A stretch of 64,000 bases of DNA from the NCBI GenBank assembly GCA_023213395.1, contig CM041465.1:233065741-233129740 (forward strand). The letters are read 5' to 3'. Position numbers and translations under genes: made by a program. Shown here piece by piece: positions 1 through 11,442 of this stretch. Under the pieces are notes generated by a model. The model was not told where the DNA came from. It did not search any database and was given only the letters and a program-made list of their open reading frames with translations. The DNA is from Cycas panzhihuaensis (lineage: Eukaryota > Plantae > Cycadophyta). Every line of letters starts with the position of its first letter. Positions within the stretch are counted from its first letter, which is position 1.

Positions 1-1654
1 GAGTTTCTACATTCGATTTTCTAAGTCAGAATTTGATAGTGTCTTTGAGGCCTCTAATATATACTTCTAGTAATAAGTCTGTGTTAATGTTTTATGTCAT
101 TGTGCTTCATAGATTTTGAAATTTTTTTGTGCGGGCTTGGATGGTACTAGTTTATTATAATCGTTTTAGTTAGGAGAAATAATTCCTACTCCAAGTGTCC
201 TCATACTATTCTATTAAGGAGGATTTTACAAAATTACAATTGTAGTGATTTATTCCATGATAATCATTGCCCACCAATGAAACCATTTGATTGCTTTTCG
301 ACATAGGTGAAGGGATGGAACCAATATTTTTTCTTTTTTTGATCTTGGTTGTATTTCAAACTACAAATCCATCTGGATGATCCAACTTTGAATATCCTTT
401 GATTGATTTATTTGAGTCACATTTTTCGAAAGGAATTTGGAATTCTTGAGACCATGGTTAGATCTAATTTTCCTATCTTCTTCTTTCTTTTGGGGGTGAA
501 AATTCTCCTTCTTGTTGGAGGGTCTTGCGTCATCCTTGTTGTCATTAGATTCCGGCCTTATAATCCTTGTATGACTTTATGCATGAGGTCAAATTTTCTT
601 TTGACTTTTTTGTTTTTAATTTTTTTTTCCTACCCTCATTACATCAATTTGAGTTGTTATTTCATTCTTTATTTATTTGGTTATGCATGCTAACCATTTC
701 GTTGTTTGAAGTATCCACTCTTTGAGTGATGTCTTCTATTAATCTTGAAGTGTGGTTCACCATCTTGCTTAGTGCAAGTGTCTTCTTGGGTCTCAATTCC
801 ATTCTAGGGAATTTTTTTTTTTTTTTCTATCCTTTTTATGCACTAAAGTAACTCTAATATTTGCTACTTGGATTGTTGTTCACAACATACTGCTTATTGG
901 AAAATGAATTATCCAATAGTTTATGACTTTCGACTGCCAATTTTCTGATTTTCTAAATGTAGAATTTTAGCAAGTTTAGAATTTCTAAGTGTAGAAGCAA
1001 AGTTTGATTGAAGAATTTTGAATTTTGATTAAGAATTATAGATTTCTATTTTGCTAAAATGGTTGTTTGATTACTAAAAACCTTGATTTTCATAACTGAA
1101 TGGTTTTGATAATGAGGCTCTAATGCCGCTTATGAGAATCCCGATGGGGATTTACAACCAATTAACAACAACACAGATTCTAAGCTATTTTTCAGAGCAT
1201 ATCCACGTATACCATGCAACATTATGACGAGTAAAATAACAGATCTCAAACCATTCACTAAAAATACTAATCATAGAAACAATAATCACAACTCCATATT
1301 ATTCATAAGAGAGTCAAAATCTTACAAATGTCGAATAACATAGAAATGCCCCCTCTTTGAGTCGAGGTGTCCCCCTAGAGTAGATGCCAACTAGGGTTGG
1401 AAAATAGCAAATTGAATGTCTTCCAATTCTAATTTTGGAATGAGGGTGAGATGCTCTATATATAGGTGAAGAAACAGAAGTTGGTTTTTTATATAGGAAG
1501 TTGGCTAGAATCTAAAGAAAAGAAGTTGGCCAGGCTTAAGAGGTAGTCGGCCAAAAAAAAAAAGAAAACGCTACATAGAAGTCAGTTTTATATAAGAGGT
1601 TAGCTAGAATCTTAAGAGGAAGTCGACCAGGAAAAAATGCTACATTTGCCAACA
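1..1654 (-). mobile_element. Degenerate Ty3/Gypsy 5' end (LTR ~1131-1654, PBS ~1117-1128, gag relic below ~460), running off the window
   Basis: Minus-strand translation of ~270-400 gives KDIQSWIIQMDL*FE...PSLHLCRKAIKWF (Gypsy gag-like). gctctaatgcc is a degenerate reverse-complement Met-tRNA PBS. The adjacent block has a TATA and LTR-like repeats. LTR ends are approximate. Confidence 0.5.
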
Positions 1655-1694
1655 TGAAGTTAGAGGGATGTTAACTTGCTCTGATATTTTTAAA

Positions 1695-2524
1695 TGTGAA
1701 ACCAACAAGATGGCGAGTAGAGTTGATGCCTTTTCATAGTGAAAACAACAGAGATGATGAGTAGATCTAGTATCAAACGGGTGTGTTGTAGGGTGAAGGG
1801 ACGACTTTCAGTCAAGTGATGTGGCCCTTAAGAAAGGTATGGAGCTTAGGTACAAATTGATGTGATCCTGCAGGAGGTTAAGGAAACCTGGTAAACAATT
1901 AGTATGACCATAGAGAAGGGGATGTGGGTACTAATCCTATAATATACTCAGAAATTGTAGATGAGACAAAGTTTTGTACAAGGCTTTTTGGCTTGCATAT
2001 GCATGGAGGAAATCAGAGGCAAAAGTGCTCGAGAGATGTTATTGTAATAAAAAATAAGATTCTTATGCATGGTCCATGAAATAAATGTAACATTAGATAT
2101 ACTATATGGTATTTTATTTAACTTAAAGTTAGGTTGGTTAATCAATTATATTAGGAACCGGTTAGTTGAATTGGTTAAAGCTAATTAGGTTAATTGGTTA
2201 GATAGTTTTAGGTTGTTCAGTGGTTACATAGTTGTCATCATAAATTGAGAATCATTTGCATTATACATGTTTGTGTGTGTGAGTGAGTGATTGTAATCAA
2301 CACTTTGGCTCACCCTCGACACCTCTTTTACAATCTCTCGTAATTGGGAAACGTTCTTGAGTATCCAATCACATTGAATAATGCATCAGTTAGTATTAGA
2401 GCCAGTGATTAGGCCACTTAATTCTAGAATTGGGAAGCCATCATCTGCAAACTAGACTTTTAGAATTTCTACCCTAATTCAATTAACAGAGAAATTCTAG
2501 AAGAAATACATGAAAGTCAAAATC
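1695..2524 (+). mobile_element. LTR (~1695-2388) with degenerate PBS and short leader, truncated by Copia-1
   Basis: TGTGAAA...GCATCA, then gt-tagtattagagcc (tggtatcagagcc-like). The post-PBS gattaggcc also follows the PBS at 46045. Confidence 0.5.
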
Positions 2525-5500
2525 TGTTAATCCTTTATGTTTAAATGTTAAGTGTTGTACTTTATAATGTATTATTAATGTACTTTATGTAATTTAATGT
2601 TAGGATGATTTATCACTTAATATGATAAAATACACTCCCACATTCTTTCTAGTTGCACAACATTGTAACTTGAGGGTTAATATACCCTCATGCACTTGTG
2701 CTCACAAGAAATTCCAAGAGGACACTTGTTTTGCATGCAACTAACATAGCTAGCATGTTTGACATTCGTCAAACATGTAATGTTCCAAGGTCTCTATATA
2801 TTGAGACCAATCCTCATGTATCATGTATGAGAGAGTGTTGTATCATTATGCTACTAGTCTTGTTAATCTAAGCCATTCTTATTTATTTGGAGTTGGGAAC
2901 AATTCCTCCTCCTCCATATTTGTGTCTTTCTCATGCTTGTGATCATTATGCCTAATGCTTGCTTATGTGCTCATCTTCATAGCTGCTTAGTTAGATGCTA
3001 TTTATCTTCACATGTTAGCAAATTTTCCTCTCCATTAGATCCTAAGGGTTGTAGGCTAAATGCCATCAATTTCAACATTTGGTATCAGAACTTGTTAAGA
3101 GGAGTTTTTCTATTGTTTTCACAATTTGAAGGAGGGTTTCAAATCCTTAGTCACAACCTTTGCTCTTCAAAGGCGATCCAAGGTTAAGTTTGGGTTTATT
3201 TTCTACAATTTCTTCTCATTTCTTTGATATTTGTAGGTTGGAGATCAGTAGTTTTATTTTTTGAAAACTTTTAAAGCTTAATTTGGTTATTGCAATAAAG
3301 AAATAATATAAAAGTCATTGTCTTCTTTGTTTTTTGTAAAATAAAAATTATTTTGTAGGGTTTTATCAACTGATCACTGTAGATTCTTCACAGTTGATTG
3401 GAAATCAGTCCAAACTCTATTCTTCTCAGTCTGCTCGTCACATGCAAAAACCTCTTAGAGTTCTAGGCGGATTTCTTCTAAGTTTTGTGATTTTCTAAAG
3501 TGAAAAACATTGTTTTTTTGTGGATCTATTACTCCTGGTTTGTTTTGTGGTTTTTTGCAGGTGGTATTGCCCTTGGAGAAGATTTTGGATGCATTAGACT
3601 GGTTTTTAAACCCTTGAACATTTTTCTACAGCCATCGTCTCTCCTGCTAGTCGTGTGCCCCTTCTAAAGCCTTGGCTACTCTGTTCTCCTTAATCGTAGC
3701 TTTATTTGTCGTGAAATCTAAGAGGGAGCTTTGTCTCAGCCAATCAAACGTTCTCTTGAAATTTCATCTCGACCGGATGCCTGCTCTGTGAGTTATTTGC
3801 GACTGTGTTTTCATTCAATCACTCGGCCACCGCTCTATGATGCATAGAAATTTTTCATTTTTCGAACATTAGAGATTTCAGCTTTGGTTTATGCAATTTA
3901 GCATATATAAAGAATATTCTTAATTAAATTAACCCCTTATCACCTAAAGTTTATTTTTTTAAACATCTTTTTAGCTACTTTTAGCCTCGTTTTTTATTTT
4001 TCAAGTTCAGTAACACACAAAAAAATTTGCAAATGTCTTTTTGACTCAAAACAAGTGATCTTTTTGATTTTTTGTACTCATTAGTGAACAATTTACATTG
4101 TACATGATTTTATAAGGTTCCCTGCGAGGTGACTTTGATGCCCTAAGTCATTCAAAATGGCACAAAATCACTCTTTTAATGAAAATCATTTTATTTTGAG
4201 GCTGGTTAGGACTATTTTAAAGTCCTAACATTGTGGTAGTGGATTGATTACTTGGCACACTTCATTAAATCTTCATTTTGTGGTCATTTATTTGCATTAA
4301 AAACGAAACCACTCAACGCACAACATTGAGGTAAGCATACCTTCATTGGACACTTAGCAATTTTTTGTTATTTTTTAAGTGCTTTTAGAACACTTTGTGT
4401 TATTTTTATGTACTCTAATCATTTCATTTGAAGCCTTTTCATTGGAATTTTATCATGCATTGTAAAGCAACATCATCATCCACTTAAGTAAATTTAATTA
4501 AGTCCACTTAAATCATTAAAATTTGTTTTAAAATTTTGTTAGAGGACCTTGAGAAAGGTTAAAACCTTGGTTTTAAAAGTCCTAAGTTTGGTGCATTCTT
4601 GAGGGGACCAATTGACTGTCAGTACACGACAATTGAGATTCTCTTAGAGAAAAGAGAGTTCAAATAGGGTGTTATTGGGGCTGTGAATTCCAAGGAAAGC
4701 ATGGTATAGTCGTGCAGATCAACCCCACTTAGCCCTGTTCTAGATTTGACTTGGCCAATTATTAGATCTATCTAGAAAGATCAGGGTTGGGTCAACTTTT
4801 AGCCTAGTCCTCCACCCCTCATCACTCTCTTTAATTGTTGGATATTCTTTGTAAGATCAAGGCTATTGGTATGTTAGAAAGTCGAACTTAAGTGACAAAA
4901 GTTTTGGGTCTTTAAGTCATTTGCTAGTTTCAAGAAACTTTTAATCAACTATAATATTATGACTACTATTAACATGCTTAATGCATGTACCATAAAGCTA
5001 AATGGACAGGATAATTATCAGGAATGAAAAAGGCAAATACAAAATTTGTTGATAATGAATGAGTTTCGGGCATTTGTATCTAGGAAGAATTTCAAACCTG
5101 TTTCTGTTGAAAGCCCAAATGAAAAAAATGTACTTATTTATCATGATCCTACTTTAGTTGTTGCTTGGGAGGCTAAGGATGAAATTGTGTTAGCATTTTT
5201 TCATATGGTTGTTGATGTAAATATTGATCAAAACATTCCTTGTGTTCATACTTCAAAGGAAGCTTAGGATACTCTGACTTCATTGTATGAAAGGCGAGAT
5301 GATGCTTGCATCATTGTGACAAAAGCTAAATTGTATTATTTGAGATTTGTTAAGTCTATGTTGGCATTTTCATCTTCCATCAAAGAAATTTGCAATGAGT
5401 TGAATACTCTCGAAAAACTAGCTTCAAGGGATGAACTTGTGATTGCCACATTGCATGCATTGTTAAAGGAGTACAACGAATTCATCTCCTCAATTACATG

Positions 5501-5895
5501 AGATGACGCACTTGTTACATTGACTTTCGATCAACTTGAGAGTTTTTTACTTCAAGAAGAACAAATCTATTTTCGACTAGATGAACTATCAACATAAGGT
5601 GCATTCACGGCCAAACAAAATTTTAAACAATCACTTCACAAACTGTTTAGGAATATGAACCTTGGCACATCAAAAGCCAATGTCATATGTCATTATTGTG
5701 GCAAGGTGGTCCACATAGCACTTGAATGTTGAAAGAAGCAATTTGACATGCAGTAGCAGTAGTAGTTTCGACAACGACAACAACAATAGTAACGCCAACA
5801 CTAGTCATGTTAGCAGCAGAATCAACAACAACAACAACAACCCCTTAGACCAAATCAAGGTGGATTTCAAGGAGGTCAAAGAGGAAGGGGGGGAA
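2525..5895 (+). mobile_element. Copia-1, 5' half only (LTR 2525-3077, PBS 3080-3091, long leader, gag pseudogene 4959-~5895)
   Basis: TGTTAA...TTCAACA LTR homologous to the LTRs at 8366, 15692 and 26271. PBS tggtatcagaac. Gag with CHYCGKVVHIALEC zinc knuckle and several stops. Confidence 0.85.
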
Positions 5896-5905
5896 GTATT
5901 ATTTT

Positions 5906-6394
5906 AGGGGAAGGGGAATTGTAGCATTCCAAAATCTAGTCAAAACTATGCCATGTAACCATTCAAATTGAAGGCCTCTAAACGAGGATTCTAACGATTC
6001 AAACGAAAGTCAATTCCGACATCTCTATCAAAAGTTATGACCATTTAAAGTTAGCCTGCCAGTTTTGGAGAAGTTCTGACTGACTTATATTTAAGAAGTA
6101 TTAAGGATAATATCATCCAGTCTGGCCGACTTCTAATTGAAGAATTTTTTATCACTATATATAGGAAGTTTGGGCCGCATTCCAAACTATCATTCAGAGG
6201 TTCTTTTGGTTGCACATTTTCGGTTTTAGCGTTGCAATTAACTCGCCCATTTGGGGGCTACAGTTTGGAGGGTTCCTCGCCTCGAAGAGGAAAGCTCACT
6301 TCTTCAGGAAAGACTGCATCTAGTTATTGTTTTTGTGGATTATTACATGTATTTTTTAAGAAAATTGTTATAAAAGTATAACTAGATCGCTACA
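5906..6394 (+). mobile_element. Orphan PPT plus 3' LTR (5920-6394) of an unrelated, probably Gypsy-type element
   Basis: PPT aggggaaggggaa, then TGTAGC...GCTACA termini with an internal TATA box. Confidence 0.75.
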
Positions 6395-8241
6395 CCAACC
6401 AGCTATAGAAGTGGGAGGACAGCAATGGATGTCGAAATCCATGTCATGGAGCAAAATAGGACTTGGGGTTTGGTTGATTTGCTAGTAGATAATAGGCGAT
6501 TCATTGTACATGAGTCTATAAGACCAAATTTAGATCTCATGGCACTATTGATAAATATAAGGTTAGATTGGTAGCCAAAGGATTGAAGCAAACATAAGGC
6601 ATAGTTTACCACGAGACATTTACTCTAGTAGCAAAGATGGCAACAATTAGATTGACACTAGCGATAGTTGCTCAGTTCAAATGGAAGTTATACTAGTTTG
6701 ATGTCAAAAGTGCCTTCCTTAATGAAGATCCTATAAAGGAGGTTTATATGGAGCAACCACTTGGATATATTATCGAAGGCAAAGAACATTTAATATGTTG
6801 CTTGAAAAAGGCTTTGTATGGCCTCAAACAAAGCTCCAAGAGAATAGTATTCCATGATCGATCATTATTTTTTGGATAACGGATTTGAAAGGTTGCCAAT
6901 TGATTCAAACCTGTACATCAAGGTTGAAGGAAATTCAACCATCTTTGTGGTTTTTTATGCATATGATGATGTGATCACATGGAATGACACTTTGAAGGTT
7001 GAAGGCTTGAAGGATGATCTCGAGAAGGCATTCAAGATGACAAATTTTGGTTTGCTCCACTACTTTTTGAGAGTGGAAGTATGGTAAAAACCTGGGAAAA
7101 TCTTCATTTTACAAGTGGTAAAAGCCTGGGAAAATCTTCAATTTACAAACTAATTATGAATAAGAAATTCTAAAGAGATTCAGAATGGAAGATTGTAAAC
7201 TTATACATACCCCCATGGAAACATGTTTAAAGCTAACAACTTTGGATAATGATAAAGAACAAGTTGATGGCATAATGTTTAGACAACTAGTTGGTAGTGT
7301 GATCTACTTGACTACTATTAAACTTGATATTTCCTTTGCAATTGGTATGGTGTCAAGGTTTATGGTTGAGCCAAAGCTAAGCCATTAGAAAGTTGCAAAG
7401 AGGATCTTGAGATATTTGCGAGGGACATTGTACTTTGGATTGCAATTTAACCAAAATGATAATTTCCAGTTAATAGTGTATTTAAATTTTGATTGGGCTG
7501 AATGTAAGGATAGCAAAAGGTACACTTTAGGTTATTGTTTCAATTTGGGTTCTATTGTTGTCACTTGGAGCAGTAAGAAACAACTTAATGTTGCTTTATC
7601 TTCTACTGAGGCAGAGTATAATTTAGTTATTGCATCCACTTGTGAAAGCCATCTAGTTGAGGCAAGTGCTTGGTGATTTGGTGTTACATCAGGATGAGGC
7701 GACTACATTGTACTGTGACATTCAAAGTACTTTGAATGTTGCCAAGAATCCAATGTTCTGTTTTCGCACCAAACACATTGAGGTGCATTATCATTTTATC
7801 AGGGAGTAGATCTAAAATGGAGAGGTTGAGCTTTTGTACAAGCCAACAGAGGAGCAACTTGCAAATATTTTCACAAAGCCTTTACCTAGGGACAAGTTTG
7901 ATAAATTTAAATTTTGTATCAATATTAAGCCAATGATATGAACATTAAAGAGGAGTGTTAGATTAATGTTCATATATAGGACGAAATTGGATAGGTGAGT
8001 CATTAAGAATTGCAAAGTCCTAAATGGGCTTGTGACACGTGTTAGGGCAGTTACGAGTTCGTGTGTGGACCATTACTGATCTCGCTTGTATATGTATTTG
8101 TGTAGTATTATGTTTTGTAATCAGATTGCAATGGATTTGTAATGAATGCCAAGTCAATTTGAAGGTAGACCAATTATATTGGAAAAACCTATGTTTATTT
8201 TTTTTATTTGGTTCCAATTTTCAATCTTACAACTCTAAACA
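6395..8241 (+). mobile_element. 3' half of a different Copia: RT-RNaseH pseudogene, PPT 7947-7955, 3' LTR ~7956-8241
   Basis: AMDVEI...[50 protein letters not shown] motifs. The LTR begins TGTTAGATT, unlike the Copia-1 LTR. Confidence 0.85.
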
Positions 8242-11200
8242 TCGTGGGCCCAAAAATTTGGATAAGAAAACTATGTTTAGAAAACAATGGACCAAGTCCA
8301 TTGTTTTTTGTTAATTGTTTTGTGAACTTCATGATCGTTTTATACATATTTTTGGTTCAACTTCACATTAAACCTTATATTTACATATTAACTATATACT
8401 TTATTTTTTCATTCATTATTTGTACTTTATGGGGTGACTTATCACTTAACTGATAAAGTGCACACCCACTTTCTTTCTAGTGACACAACATTGTCACTAA
8501 AGGGTCAAATGGACCCTCATGCATCTTTGCTTACTTGAGGGCCCAAAAGCACACGTCCTTCATGCATGACATGCAAGACATGCATTGCATATAACTTGGA
8601 TGTTTGACACCTATCAAACGTCCAATGCTGTTAGGTCTCTTCAGTTTTTCTATATATTGAGACCTCTTCTTATGTCTCACATGGAGAGTTGGAGTTGTAA
8701 TGTTATGTTATTAGTTTGCTAATCGACTGGTATTCCTTTGGAGATTGGACTAATTCCATCTCCTCCCAATTTGGTATCATCTTGCTCTTTGAACTTTGAT
8801 CTTGCTTATCTTTTATTTCGGTTCCCTTGTTAGTTATGCTCTCATGCTTTTTAGAACTAAAGTGAACTATCTTCTTGATCTTGGGTGTCATAGACCATTG
8901 GCATTCTCAACATTTGGTATCAGAGCAAGAGGAGACTAGTTCCCTTTGTTCTGATTTCTTCTTGAAGGGAGACTAAGAGTGGGTTTTACAATCCCTTGGT
9001 GACGACCTTCGTTTTCCAAAGGCGATCCAAGGTTTGTCTAAATCTACCATTGTAGATCAAAGACTTTTCTGAAGCATTTTAAAAGCTGAAGCTGATTATT
9101 CTCAAATCTGAAATTTTTTTTAGATCTACTTCAAGGCTTTTGAGCTAATTTACTCATGTCTTTTGTGTTTTTTCTACTAAAAATTGGACTTTTTAGCATT
9201 CTTCTTGTAGAACAGGGTGCTGGAGTATTATGCTCATTTTTCAATCTCATTAACTGAGATTATTTGAAGTTTTAGACTCCCTGCAGGCTGTGGATCAATT
9301 TCTAGGCAATTTCAGCCCTCAGACCCCAGATGGAAAACACCAAATCTCTGGTGTTGACTTTATTTAGTGTGTTCTTGACTTTAAATCAGTCCTTTAGCTA
9401 ATATTTGTGATTTGTAGCCATTATCTAATGTTTCTTAGCAAAGTTGGGCAGATTTATCACTATTCTCAGTGATTTCTACATCAAAAATTGGGATTTTTCA
9501 CTCATTTTCTTCAAAGCAAGTTGGTTGTCCACATTTTGACATTGCATGCAGCTGTAGCAAACATCAATTAAGAGATTTAGTGAGCAGTCAGTTGAGGGTT
9601 TCAAACCCTGGACTGCCATATGGCTCTCACTTTGGTCCTCACGGTCGTGCGTCCTCCAAACTGCTCTCTTTGCTCCGTTCTCTTTCCATAATCAATGAAA
9701 TGACCTGAATTTTGAGTTGAATCTCCATACAGACATCACAACTCTTCCTTTGAAATTTGGGATCGATCCGTGCAAAGACAAGGGAGATCAACCACTCTAA
9801 GTGATCACAGAGGTGCGCGGGTGACGGCAAATCGAAAATTATAAATTTTCATTGAAATGTTTTCATTTTTGGACTTTAGGTTTATAACTTAACTTTACAT
9901 TATTGAGAATATTCCTTGAATATTTTTTATTACATATTCTAAAGTTCTAATGTTCAATTCTTAAGTTATTTTTTAATTACCTAAAATCATTTTCTAAGCC
10001 AAATATCAATCATTTTCAGTATTTTTAATCTTCTAACACTTAATCTCTTCTGTATTAGTGTTAAAAATCTTAACTCAAGTGATCTTTAGTGATTATTTAT
10101 TTTAAAAAGTGAATTTTTTCATCTTTTTTAAGCATTTTTACTAAGGCACCTTGCATGGTGACCTAATACTTATATTTTTATAAGGAAAATTTCATTTTTT
10201 CTTTTTTAAAGTCACCTTAAAGATTAAAATTCTTCATTGATACATAGTGACTTTATTAAATGGCTGATGTTTAGTCATTTTCTTATCATTGAAGACTAAA
10301 AACACTTGCTTTAAAGTGTTTTATAAGGCTCCCTGGGAGGTGTCCTTATTATTCAAATCACATAAAGATAAAATTTCAGCCTTTGATTTAGCATTTCAAG
10401 CTTTTTAACACTTATTTTATGTTGTACAAGTGTTAAAAAGCTTTGTTAAAGTGATTTTTAAAGTGTTAGTACTTTGTAAAAGTGATACTTATCACTATCT
10501 CAACATCTTCTCTAAGGCACCTTGCATGGTGACCTATTGCCCTTAGTCACAAAAAGGGGCTCAAGAACACTTTCTCTTAATAAAATCATTTTACCTTTTT
10601 TATTGTTGGAACTATTTTAAAGTCTCAACACTTGGTGCTTGGTGTCTTCATTTCACAAAGTGGCTTTTTTCTCTTCAAGTTTGAGCATTAAAAGGAACAC
10701 ACTTGTACCTTCATCACAAGGCATCGCATTCTTTCATTGAGTACTTAGCATTTTTCTTGATCATTCAAGTGTTTATTTCCTTCTCAAAACACATTGTATT
10801 CAAGCATATTTTACCTGGATTTGTTTAGCACTCTTTCACTACATAAAGTCCTTTTGTAACGACACTTCTAAGTGTTCTTTTGATGTACTAAGTTGTTTCC
10901 TTTGAAGCCTTCTCATTGCAAGCTTGATCAAGCATTTTTCATAAGTACATCATCCAAATAAAATAAATCCTAAGTCCACTTTAATCCTTTAAAAGTGACT
11001 TTTAAAAATCTTGTTGGAGAGACCCGACAAAGGTTCAAAACTTGCCTCTAAAATAACCTTAAGCTTAGTGCATTCCTTAGGGGACCAATTGAAACAATTA
11101 AGGTTATCGTACGGTCAGTGCACAACAATTAAGGTTGCTTGAGAGAAAGGAGATTCGAAAAGGGTGTTATTGGGGCTGTGAATCCCGAGGAAAGCATGGT

Positions 11201-11442
11201 ATGTCCATGTAGATCAAGCCTACCTGCCTTGTCTTAGATTTGGTTTGGTCAATTGTTGGATCTCTTCTATAAATCAAGGTTGGACCAACTCTCTTGCCTA
11301 GTCCTCCACGCCTCATCACTCCATTCAGTTGTTGGATCTTCTAATAAGATCGGGACTGTCGGTTTCATTAAAAGGTGGAACTTAAACGACGAAAGCATTG
11401 AGTTTCCTCATCTGCTAGCTTCAAGCTCTTTACAACTTTAAC

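Noticed and set aside
1676-1695. Second, minus-strand PBS (gctctgata) implying an LTR with a PBS at both ends
   Set aside because: Only a 9-bp match; LTR features and the better PBS at ~2391 point to plus orientation.
8235-8250. Left TIR of the hAT pairing with 29014-29026
   Set aside because: ctaaacatcgtggg vs ctaagaacacggg is weak and there is no 8-bp TSD.
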